The notes beneath the pieces were generated by a model. That model was not told where the DNA came from. It was given only the letters and a program-made list of their open reading frames with translations, and searched no databases. From NCBI RefSeq assembly GCF_006345805.1, contig NC_043005.1:76074001-76138000 (forward strand): a DNA stretch of 64,000 nt, given 5' to 3'. Source of the stretch: Octopus sinensis (taxonomy: Eukaryota). The position numbers and the translations under genes were made by a program. Below, in pieces: positions 48,453 through 58,622 of this stretch. The stretch's first letter is position 1; each line of letters starts with the position of its first letter.

Positions 48453-48960
48453 CTAGCAGTATCGCCCGGCGTTGCTCGGGTTTGTAAGGGAAATAACTAT
48501 ATAAGCATTTTTAGAGAGTTACTTCTCTTATAAATTCGGGCTTTCTTAGCCATTTTTGTTTTGGTGTCTTCAAGCCATGAAGTCGTTGTTCTAAAAGAAC
48601 GCTGGTCTCCTTCACAACGCATTACGACGTTGATTTCTTTACACTCCCTTCCCCACAGCTTCACGAGGGAGGAAGAAGGGGGAGAAGCAAACAGGTGCAG
48701 CTGTGAGCGTGGACGCCAACTCCGCCGCCATCGACACACGATGCATTTTATGCATTAAAATGGAATAAAAAATGATGTTAAATTATTTTTAAAATCGTAG
48801 ACTCATCGTTGACGCGCGCTAATAGTCAGACGGGCTCGATATGAATCACGACTATAAGATACCCGAATTTGGTTAAACTGCACCGCAAAATGTGGGAGGA
48901 GTTAGGAATCTAAATCGAAGGGGACAGACACTCACACAACTAGAGTTTTATATATATAGA
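48453..48960 (-). mobile_element. Non-autonomous Helitron inserted in a tRNA upstream TATA element
   Basis: Minus strand: A|TCTATATATATAAAAC...CCCGAGCAACGCCGGGCGATACTGCTAG|T; reconstructed empty site TATAAAGCA|TTAACTGTAAT. Confidence 0.9.
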
Positions 48961-48987
48961 TTAACTGTAATACCGATCTACCAGCTT

Positions 48988-49059
48988 TCCCATGTGGTCT
49001 AGTGGTTAGGATTCCTGGCTTTCACCCAGGCGGCCCGGGTTCGATTCCCGGCATGGGAA
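48988..49059 (+). tRNA. tRNA-Glu-TTC: tRNA-Glu(TTC)
   Basis: Identical to consensus. Confidence 0.97.
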
Positions 49060-50065
49060 CGCTTAGTTGTTTTTTTAAAGTTAGAATCTATTTGTTCTAA
49101 TATTGAAGATTACTGCTATTTATAACTATTTCAGTTATTCACGTTACAAATTGCGTTCGGGAACAGATTATGCTCTTATATAGAGACTCCGTGTATATGT
49201 AACTCCAAAGTACTTCTGTTATCACTGCAAATGAATTCTGACAGACAACAATTATGCGTTCTTAGGGCGGGAACGTTATGAATAAATAAGGGGGTGGGGG
49301 ATTGAAAGCTATTTTAAATACGGTAGGATATTATTATAAGAACTGTTTTCTGAACGAATAAAAGAAAAAAAAAAGAGAGAGAGAGAGAATCATTTCTGTT
49401 TGGTTGCACTAATATTGAAAATTTTAAAATATGGTGTATTGAGATGTAAATTTCCACGTTGAATCTCGGGAGATATTTCACTTTTATCAGAATAATGTTT
49501 TAAAATGTCACATAATTTTTACCCTGTCAGAAAACAGGATTTGGAAGCTGTCATTTTATGCGTGACAGCACATGTTGGTAACTGTAAACAAATGGAATAC
49601 TAACGGTGTTCTGCTTCATATACGCCATATAACATTTCATGAAAAAAAAAAATGTTTATTTTTTAGAATTTTCTGAAAATTTTAGTGAATTTGTATTGCA
49701 CGTACGGGATTTCGTACGACTGTGCAAAGGAGAAAAAAAGTAATGAATAAAAAATTGCATTTCTTCTGAAAATTGTATTTGATTTAGCTTCTCCAGCGAA
49801 AGAAAGCTTTGAAAGGCTGTTCCAAGCCTGTACCAGTTTGTGTCTCACCGCCTTCATTGTCTTTGCCATTGTCCTGATGTAGTACCAGGCAGTGGCTCAC
49901 ATGCCATCTGATCTTAACTGATTGGAAGTGTTACCATGTATATTGCTGTGTCTTGGTAGCAAATATTCTGCTCAGTACCACAGATTTGCTGATCATTTGC
50001 TTGACCTTAATCACTTGAACATGTCTCTTAGTGGCTGACGATATGTGCATCTCTGATCACGAGCA

Positions 50066-50099
<34 letters not shown>

Positions 50100-50296
50100 A
50101 CACACACACACACACTTACATATGTACACATACAAATAGTTAAAAATAACGCAGCGCTTTTATAAAACAGTAATAATTTAAAACTTTTCCTAAGTCAGAA
50201 TTTAGAAACACACACTCACATACAAATACACACAAATAGTTAAATACAACGTAGTGTTTACATAAAACAGTAATTGCAATACTGCCGCTATGTCTT

Positions 50297-50368
50297 TCCC
50301 ATGTGGTCTAGTGGTTAGGATTCCTGGCTTTCACCCAGGCGGCCCGGGTTCGATTCCCGGCATGGGAA
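50297..50368 (+). tRNA. tRNA-Glu-TTC: tRNA-Glu(TTC)
   Basis: Identical to consensus. Confidence 0.97.
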
Positions 50369-51379
50369 CGCGAACTTCTGTTTTTAAAGTTAGAATCTAT
50401 TTGTTGTAATATTGAATATTACTGCTATTTATAAGTATTTCAGTTATTCACGTTACAAATTGTGTTCGGGAACAGATTATGCTCGTATATACAGACTCCA
50501 GTGTATATAGAACTCCAAAGTACATCTGTTATCACTGCAAATGAATTCTGACAGACAACAATTATGCGTTCTTAGGGCGGGAACGTTATGAATAAATAAG
50601 GGGGTGGGGGATTGAAAGCTGTTTTAAATACGGTAGGATACTATTATCAGAACTGTTGTCTGAACGAATTAAAAAAAAAAAAAAGAGAATCATTTCTGTT
50701 TAGTTACACTAATATTGAAAATTTTAAAATTTGGTGTATTGAGATGTAAATTTCCATGTTGAATCTCGGGAGATATTTCACTTTTATCAAAATAATGTTT
50801 TAAAAAGTCACATAATTTTTACCCTGTCAGAAAACAGGATTTGGAAGCTGTCATTTTGTGCGTGACAGCACATGTTGGTAACTGTAAACAAATGGAATAC
50901 TAATGGTGTTCTGCTTTGTATACGCCATATAACATTTCATGAAAAAAAAAAGTTTATTTTTTAGAATTTTCTGAAAATTTTAGTGAATTTGTATTGCACG
51001 TACGGGATTTCGTACGACTGTGCAAAGGAGAAAAAAAGTAATGAATAAAAAATTGCAGTTCTTCTGAAAATTGTATTTGATTTAGCTTCTCCAGCGAAAG
51101 AAAGCTTTGAAAGGCTGTTCCGAGCCTGTACCAGTTTGTGTCTCACCTCCTTCATTGTCTTTGCCATTGTCCTGATGTAGTACCAGGCAGTGGCTCACAT
51201 GCCATCTGATCTTAACTGATTGGAAGTGTTACCATGTATATTGCTGTGTCTTGGTATAAAAGATGGGCTACAGCAAATATTCTGCTCAGTACCACACATT
51301 TGCTGATCATTTGCTTGACCTTAATCACTTGAACATGTCTCTTAGTGGCTGACGATATGAGCATCTCTGATCACGAGCA

Positions 51380-51411
<32 letters not shown>

Positions 51412-51604
51412 ACACACACACACTTACATATGTACACACACAAATAGTTAAAAATAACGCAGCGCTTTTATAAAACAGTAATAATTTAAAACTTTTCCTA
51501 AGTCAGAATTTAGAAACACACACTCACATACAAACACACACAAATAGTTAAATACAACGTAGTGTTTACATAAAACAGTAATTGCAATACTGCCGCTATG
51601 TCTT

Positions 51605-51676
51605 TCCCATGTGGTCTAGTGGTTAGGATTCCTGGCTTTCACCCAGGCGGCCCGGGTTCGATTCCCGGCATGGGAA
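51605..51676 (+). tRNA. tRNA-Glu-TTC: tRNA-Glu(TTC)
   Basis: Identical to consensus. Confidence 0.97.
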
Positions 51677-51932
51677 CGCAAGCATTTTGCTTTAGTTAGA
51701 ATCTATTTGTTGATAACCTCTAGTTTTAAATCAGTTATACTTTTCATTTCTGTTCTTTCTGCTGGATGGTCTTCATTTTAGAAATGCTTTGGCAGGTCTA
51801 ACGAAGTACTAAAACTTTATACATATATGTGTATGTACGCATGCCTAGACACACTCATACGCACACACACACGCACACACACAAACGCGTCAGTTTTAAA
51901 TAAAACAGTAACTGTTACTATAAATATCTTGT

Positions 51933-51972
51933 CTTCACACAGGCGGACCGTGTTTGAGTAGCAGCGTGGGAG
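51933..51972 (+). pseudogene. Very decayed 3' half of tRNA-Glu
   Basis: CTTCACACAGGCGGACCGTGTTTGAGTAGCAGCGTGGGA, downstream of the family motif TAAAACAGTAACTG. Confidence 0.45.
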
Positions 51973-52063
51973 CGCATATCTTTTCTGTGATGGAATTTAA
52001 CTGTAGCTAAATTGAAGGGATCTTTTCCGTTGCTATCACTGTTTGTAAAATGTTAAAATTAAG

Positions 52064-53280
52064 TGAAACGGAGTGTTAGGTAACAATCCGATTATCTAAC
52101 CCTACGAGAATTTCCTTAAGCTTAGCACCCATGTAAAAAAAAAAGTGGGTATGTCTACATCTAAGGCAGAATGCTCACGTAGGGGTGATACAACATGTCC
52201 ACTGAACGGCCACTGTAACTCGAAGACCGTCGTATACGAGGCAGAGGTAAGAGCCGTAGACCCAAATGGGCAACGAAACGTGCAAAACACGTGGGAGCAA
52301 CAGAAGGCCACTTTAAAACCCGCTATAACAACCTCAAGTCCTCCTTTAACATCTCGGAGAGACGTAACGCCACGACCCTTTTCAAGCACATTTGGTCTTT
52401 GAAAGAAAGCGCCAATAGGTACAGCTTAAAGTAGAAGATTCTAGAGAAATGTAATCCATACGTCAATAGCAGCAGGAAGTGCAGATTATGACTGGTTGTG
52501 AAAAGAGCGATTTTAAAGAGCACCCAGCACTTGATTAGCAGAAGTGAAATTTTTAATCCTTGCCTACATGAAAGGAAGTATATCCTATCATACTGTATCA
52601 GTCATGGCTACAATCCCCAATCCTCCACCTGAAGTCCGGCAAACAGGTTGACCAGAGCATACACAAAATGTGCCCACAAGCAAACATGCACACCCCAACA
52701 CGGCGGGCACCAACCCAATATAAACTCCAACACACTGCATGTACACATAAAGGCCTCACGAATTTACCCAATATATAAAAGAAAGAAAACACACTAACGA
52801 ACACAGATGTGTATGCCCACACCACGTGCAAAGATCATACATATACTACACGAATTCCATTTCCACACGAACACCAACCTTAGAGACGCACACATTTCCC
52901 ACAAACAGTTCTACAAGAGATCCTTACCGACTTGCAGCATAACCGCCCGTGGCGATGTTTCGGTACCATGGTCATAACTCTTAATTTTATCCCCTATTCG
53001 TTTCGTTTCATCAGCTATTTCACAGCAACTGCAACCCTGATGTGTCTATGCATCTCCAATAATAGAGAACAGTCCCATATTTCATTCCATGTCGGCTACC
53101 TCTGATGAGCGTAGGGTTACATAATCGGATTGCTACCTAACACTCCGTTGAATCCCTAGCGCGAAACCGATTGGTAAGATCGGTCGTAATGAATATATAA
53201 CACTGTACACTTCGGATAATATACCTACTCTATTGACAGATATACGACTGCATCTTTTCCTGACTTATGGACTCTTGAAA
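52064..53280 (+). mobile_element. Penelope-like element 3' fragment: GIY-YIG endonuclease pseudogene plus pLTR
   Basis: CPLNGHCNSKTVVYEAEV, then after a frameshift HVGATEGHFKTRYNNLKSSF...TTLFKHIWSLKE...KILEKC...KCRL. 52067-52107 is an inverted copy of 53110-53149. Confidence 0.88.
53097..53176 (+). ncRNA. Type I hammerhead ribozyme motif with long stem II (PLE pLTR)
   Basis: TACC T CTGATGA GCGTAGGG...CCCTAGCGC GAAAC CGATT GGTA; stem III one change from the palindrome ACCGGT. Confidence 0.65.
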
Positions 53281-53834
53281 GACTTACACACACACACACA
53301 TATACACACACATTTGCATGTGTGTGGGTGGGTTTTACCATTTTGCTTCTGTCGAGCCATGGTTAAGTTTTTGAAAATATGATAAAAATATATGCTCGCT
53401 GCATGAAACGTGTCACCTAATTGTTTATAGACACTCTCTTAGACAGGAATATGCGTGCGTTGTCTGCACGTGTATCGTCGTTGAGATTTTAGCTCGTTAA
53501 GCTAATGGGCGCACCCTGTTATTTATATGCACGTGCAGTCTGCTCGTAGTTCAGTTCTATATTTAAGAGATGAAGAATTATGTACATTATTTACATTTTT
53601 TTACAATTGACGGATATTTGTCCTCATCTTGTTTGCTGTTAACGCAACGTTTCGGGCATATGGCGTAGTGGTTAAGAGCGCGGGCTACTAATCCCAAGAT
53701 TCCGAGTTCGATTCTAGGCAGTGACCTGAATAATAATAATAATAATAAATAATAATAATAATAATAATAATAACAACAACAACAACATCGAAAAATACCT
53801 TAGGAATGAGAATTCATGTTCGAAATTTCCCCAA

Positions 53835-53880
53835 GACACCTGATGAAGGCTGGATGGTATATCAGCCGAAACGTTGTGTT
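53835..53880 (+). ncRNA. Minimal type I hammerhead ribozyme, intact core
   Basis: Stem I GACAC/GTGTT, core CTGATGA, stem II GGCTG/CAGCC, GAAA, palindromic stem III ACGT, predicted cleavage after GTT. Confidence 0.78.
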
Positions 53881-54037
53881 AACAAAAAACAAGATGAGGA
53901 AAAATTTCCTCATCTTGTTTGCTGTTAACGCAACGTTTCGGGCATATGGCGTAGTGGCTAAGAGCGCGGGCTACTAAGCCCAAGATTCCGAGTTCGATTC
54001 CAGGCAGTGACCTGAATAATAATAATAATAATAATAA

Positions 54038-54255
54038 TCTGTTGTGTCTGGGGAGAGTCATTTTCTTTTTGAGCCTTATTATTTAACACACTCACATAGT
54101 TTTGACACTGATGAGAATCAAAACTATTGGAAAGGTTGCAACACGCAACGAAAATTTTAGGAAAATAAAAATAAGAAATAACTGGAAATTTTGCCGGTGA
54201 GTGTGTTAAATAATAAGGCACAAAAAGAAAATGACTCTTCCCAGACACAACAGAA
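54038..54255. mobile_element. Nested element with ~58-bp inverted repeats and a degenerate hammerhead-like core
   Basis: 54038-54095 is the reverse complement of 54197-54255; CTGATGA GAAT..ATTG GAAA at 54108-54133. Confidence 0.6.
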
Positions 54256-54331
54256 TATGCTTCAACACACGAAATCATATAAAGAATCTTGCAAACCAAA
54301 TCCAAAAACGAAAAATAATAGTAATAATAAT

Positions 54332-54399
<68 letters not shown>

Positions 54400-54404
54400 T
54401 AATA

Positions 54405-54960
54405 ATGCCCTGATGCAATACCAAGTAGTGGCTCTCATGGCTTCTGATCTTAACTGATTGGAAGTGTTATCATGTACATTGTTCTGTCTTGGTATAAAAG
54501 ATGGGCTACAGCCAAAATTCTACTCAATACCACAGATTTTCTTATCAATTGTTTGACCTTAACCTGTTGAGCATGTTCCTTAGTGGCTGACGATATGTAC
54601 ATCTCTGATCATGAGCAGAAGTAGTAGGGAAGCATCGTAGCCATGTTTTGAGAGGAATTCTTGGAGGTTTGGTTAATTCACGTTTGGAAACATGGGTGGT
54701 TCGTTCAACATCCTTAAATAATCCTTATTCCGGGACCTTTTGAGAGGGATTGGCTACTCGACCAGAAGAAAATTCTAACTGGGCCCCACCTGCAAGGTCA
54801 TGTGCTGTTTATCTTGATATGATATCACCATGTCGCGCACATATGGTTGTGATGCATGTGCCTGGTGTACTCTTATCAGACGGGTAGTCATGATGGGTAT
54901 ACTGGGCTTCGTATATTTTATCCCAGTGTCACTTTGATGGTATGCACTGCTCTCTCACTC
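54405..54960. mobile_element. Unclassified interspersed repeat embedded in (AAT)n; partial copies at ~49870-50065 and ~51165-51380
   Basis: Shared CTGATCTTAACTGATTGGAAGTGTTA...TTAGTGGCTGACGATATG. Confidence 0.6.
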
Positions 54961-55234
54961 AATAATAATGATAATAATAATAATGATGATGATAATAATG
55001 ATTATAATGATGATGATGATAATAATGATGATGATGATAATAATGATGATGATGATAATGATGATGATGATAATAATAATAATGATGATGATAATAATAA
55101 TAATGATGATAATAATAATAATGATGATGATAATAATAATAATGATGATGATAATAATAATGATGATGATGATAATAATAATGATAATAATAATAATGAT
55201 AATAATAATAATAATAATAATGATGATAATAATA

Positions 55235-55271
<37 letters not shown>

Positions 55272-55293
55272 CGACGACGACGACGACGACGAC
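54961..55293 (+). repeat. Compound (AAT/GAT)n to (GAT)n to (GAC)n microsatellite
   Basis: Direct reading. Confidence 0.97.
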
Positions 55294-55344
55294 AACTTCG
55301 AAAAATACCTTAGGAATGAGAACCTAGGTTCGAAATTTCTCCAA

Positions 55345-55390
55345 GACACTTGATGAAGGCTGGAGGGTATATCAGCCGAAACGTTGTGTT
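55345..55390 (+). ncRNA. Minimal hammerhead ribozyme motif (C3U variant)
   Basis: GACAC TTGATGA A GGCTG-loop-CAGCC GAAAC GTT GTGTT. Confidence 0.62.
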
Positions 55391-55527
55391 AACAACAAAC
55401 AACATGAGGACAAATATCCGTCAATTGTAAATAATGTAAATAATGTGCTCGTAGTTCGTTGATAAAATTTCAGTTCGGTATTCGAGCTTAACTAGCTTCA
55501 TAAAAACAGTTCTATATTCTTTACCTT

Positions 55528-55952
55528 GGATCTTTTCGGTTTGAACGGCAGTTTTTTAAAAATAATTTCCACGTAACTAAACACTTTTAAACTTCGTATC
55601 CTGGTAGAATGTATTTATAAAGCATCTTTATCACTTGGCTTTACTGAGAAAATTCTATAGTTTGTAAGATATTTGCAGTTTTTTTTCTTCAATTTCTGCA
55701 ATTTCAACCAATCGATGACGTCTATTGAGGTGAAAAACATTCTGTACCGTATGAATATGTCCCTCGTTTAAGAAACAGATTGAGTTTATTTACATTTGTG
55801 AAGAAAAGAAAGATACCCTTCCCCCCACCCCACCCCTAAACCTAACCCTAAAACAGATTGAAATGCAATAGATTTATACTAGGGTCATAATTATGGGTGA
55901 CAATTTCATATGACATTGCTAGAAAAAACTGTCGTTCAAACCGAAAAGATCC
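55528..55952. mobile_element. MITE related to 42691-42987 (GGATCTTTTC...GAAAAGATCC)
   Basis: TIRs; imperfect TSD TTTACCTT/TTTTCTTT. Confidence 0.85.
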
Positions 55953-56259
55953 TTTTCTTTTTCTGTTCGTTCAGAGAACCGTTCGTATGATAGTACCCTA
56001 CCATATATAAAATCCACCCCGCCCCCTTTTATTTATTCAGTCATTTGACCCCTTTGTTGTGGAAAGATCTCGAAATCAAAAAGTGGTTGCGACACGTAAA
56101 ATAAGGCCGTCACTTGAATAAAGTACTGAATTGCTTTGATTCGAAACTCTTCCTGAGTCAGTATTCACACACATATACTTACATACGTACACACACAAAT
56201 AATTTAAAATAACGTAGCATTTTTATAAAACAGTAATTGCAATACTGCCGCTATGGCTT

Positions 56260-56331
56260 TCCCATGTGGTCTAGTGGTTAGGATTCCTGGCTTTCACCCA
56301 GGCGGCCCGGGTTCGATTCCCGGCATGGGAA
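56260..56331 (+). tRNA. tRNA-Glu-TTC: tRNA-Glu(TTC)
   Basis: Identical to consensus; TATAAAA at -36; long T terminator. Confidence 0.97.
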
Positions 56332-56508
56332 CGCATACCTTTTTTTTTTTTTTAAGATTAGCACTATTTATATCTATTTCGATTACTTACGTAAGGAATT
56401 GCGTTCGGGAACAGATTATGCTCGTATATAAAGACTCCACTGTAAATGGGACTCCAAAGTACTTCTATCATTACTTATGAATTCTGACAGAAAACAATCA
56501 GTCATGCG

Positions 56509-56579
56509 TTCCAATGACGGGATCGAACTCTGGATGCCTGGGTGAAACCCAGTAATCTTAAATAATAGATCTCATGGTA
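56509..56579 (-). pseudogene. Decayed tRNA-Glu pseudogene (paralog of 46859)
   Basis: TTCCAATGACGGGATCGAACTCTGGATGCCTGGGTGAAACCCAG...CATGGTA. Confidence 0.75.
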
Positions 56580-56968
56580 AAGCTGATAACAGCTTAAGGC
56601 ATCGCATTCATATATTTAAAAATGGTAAATTCCACGTGATTCTTAGATCTTTCGAAAACAAGCACTTAAAAGGAATGAATAAAACTCGAATAAAGACAGA
56701 TGTAGCACTAGAGTATTTAAATGACCTTATACATAAATTCCTTCGGAAAAAAGCCAAAAGAAAAAAAGGAACCAACTTGCCCAAGGTGTCACGCAGTGGG
56801 ACTGAACCCGGAACAATATGATCGACAATGTATGAATATAAAATATAGGGAATCCTGTAGAAGAAGCGAAAATGGAAGAATAACAAATTTAAAACCGGGA
56901 GTAAGTTATCCGTAACTCTAAAGATCTCACAAGAAATAAATTCTAAGGACAAAAAAAAAAAACATGCG

Positions 56969-57040
56969 TTCCCATGCCGGGAATCGAACCCGGGCCGCCT
57001 GGGTGAAAGCCAGGAATCCTAACCACTAGACCACATGGGA
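56969..57040 (-). tRNA. tRNA-Glu-TTC: tRNA-Glu(TTC)
   Basis: Identical to consensus. Confidence 0.97.
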
Positions 57041-57149
57041 AAGCTGCCATATATATGTTATAGTTAGTTTACATTAAAAATGCTGTTTTATTTCTGTTTG
57101 TGGGTGTCTGGGAATGTATGTCTCTTTGTTTTATGTTTTATTTGTTTTA

Positions 57150-57650
57150 TTTGTTTTAGTCTTTGCCCTGCCTCCATGGTGGGGTCCCCTCTTTGAAGGG
57201 TTTAGCCTACCAAGGCAATCCTAGAATTTATTTCAAAGCCTGTTACTTATTTTGTCAGTCAGTTGTGTCAGTCTTTTCGCCGAATTCTAAAGAAATGGGG
57301 AGGTAAATAAACCGATGCAAGTTCTCGATCGGAGCTGGGGACAGCCACATACACAAAGACATATACATGCTTATCCATCCATCCATCCATCCATCCATCC
57401 ATCCATCCATCCATCCATTCACCCATCCATCCATCCATCCATCCATCCATCCATCCATCCATCCATCCATCCATCTATCCATCCATCCACCCGACGGACT
57501 TCTTTCAGTCTTCGCCTAACAAGTCCATTCACAGGGCTTTGGTTGGTCCGGGCCTATAGTAGAAGACACTTGCCCAGTGTGCCACACAATGAGAATGAAC
57601 TCGTGACCATGAGCTTGGAAAGAAAACTTCTTACCACATAGCTAAGCCTC
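57150..57650 (-). mobile_element. Older SINE family A copy with (CATC)n expansion at 57374-57489
   Basis: Paralog of 47285-47683. Confidence 0.78.
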
Positions 57651-58052
57651 TATATATCAGTAATAATTCTTTAGACCTGGAAAGCGACATTATTTAAGGA
57701 GGCGCATCCCATTTTTTATTAATGGTATATCCGACGTGATTTTCGAATTTCTCCAGAATAAAACGAACCGAACCGAGAAACTTAATTAAATTCTATGTGA
57801 CACTTAAGTGCTTCAGTTTCATTACAAATAAATTCTGATAGGAAAGATGACAAAAAAAAAAAAAAAAAGGAGGGGGGCGCTACTCTACCGGAATCGAACA
57901 CGGTCCGTCTGTTTAAAAAAAAAAACCATCATAACTGTTACCGGTTTATTAACAGTACTGCACCACTTTTTCGCTGCTCAGGGTGTGTATGTGCGTATAT
58001 ATGGTTGCATATATATACATATATAAAGTTCTAGAATTTCTCTTCACTTTGT

Positions 58053-58401
58053 CTCTTTTACTTGTTTCAGTCATTTGACAGTAGCCATGCTGGAGCACCG
58101 CCTTTGGTCGAGCAAATCGACCCCAGGACTTATTCTTTGTAAGCCTAGTACTTATTCTATCGGTCTCTTTGCCGAACTGCTAAGTTACGGGGACATAAAC
58201 ACACCAGCATCGGTTGTCAAGCGATGTTGGGGAGGACAAACACAGACACACGAACACACACACACGCACACACATATATATACGACGGGCTTCTTTCAGT
58301 TTCCGTCTACCAAATCCACTCACAAGGCTTTGGTCGGCTCGAGGCTATAGTAGAAGACACTTGCCCAAGGTGTCACGCAGTGGGAATGAACCCGGAACCA
58401 T
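58053..58401 (-). mobile_element. SINE family A (5'-truncated)
   Basis: Family core and tail. Confidence 0.85.
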
Positions 58402-58550
58402 ATGATCGACAATGTATGAATATAAAATATAGGGAATCCTGTAGAAGAAACGAAAATGGAAGAATAACAAATTTAAAACCGGGAGTAAGTTATACGTAAT
58501 TCTAAAGATCTCACAAAAAATAAATTCTGGGGGGAAAAAAAAAACATGCG

Positions 58551-58622
58551 TTCCCATGCCGGGAATCGAACCCGGGCCGCCTGGGTGAAAGCCAGGAATC
58601 CTAACCACTAGACCACATGGGA
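58551..58622 (-). tRNA. tRNA-Glu-TTC: tRNA-Glu(TTC), last copy in the window
   Basis: Identical to consensus; ~58360-58625 duplicates ~56776-57045. Confidence 0.97.

Larger units (their letters stand above)
48988..51700 (+). repeat. Tandem duplication of a ~1309-bp tRNA-containing unit
   Basis: tRNAs start at 48988, 50297 and 51605; spacers 49060-50296 and 50369-51604 are near-identical. Confidence 0.93.
53552..55446 (+). mobile_element. Composite tRNA-headed hammerhead PLE-derived element (two units, nested insertions)
   Basis: Inverted tail, head 53655-53728, (AAT)n, hammerhead 53835-53880, inverted tail, head 53941-54015, nested repeats, hammerhead 55345-55390, tail. Flanked by direct repeat TGCTCGTAGTTC (53541 and 55446). 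Confidence 0.85.

Noticed and set aside
53655-53728. Possible tRNA-Ser(ACT) gene (also 28212 and 53941)
   Set aside because: Acceptor and T stems do not pair and there is no long variable arm; it is a SINE-type tRNA-derived head.
54856-55353. 165-aa Asn/Asp-rich ORF resembling an acidic biomineralisation protein
   Set aside because: It is a stop-free frame of an AAT/GAT/GAC microsatellite inside a mobile element; no signal peptide or gene structure.
57878-57912. CCGGAATCGAACACGGTCCGTCTG tRNA-like remnant (similar traces at ~16555 and ~49257)
   Set aside because: Too short and degenerate to call; probably further decayed tRNA-Glu copies.
757-58622. Identical 72-bp repeats with spacers suggesting a CRISPR-like array
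   Set aside because: The repeat is a tRNA cloverleaf, lies on both strands, has kb-scale duplicated spacers, and there are no cas genes; the context is eukaryotic.
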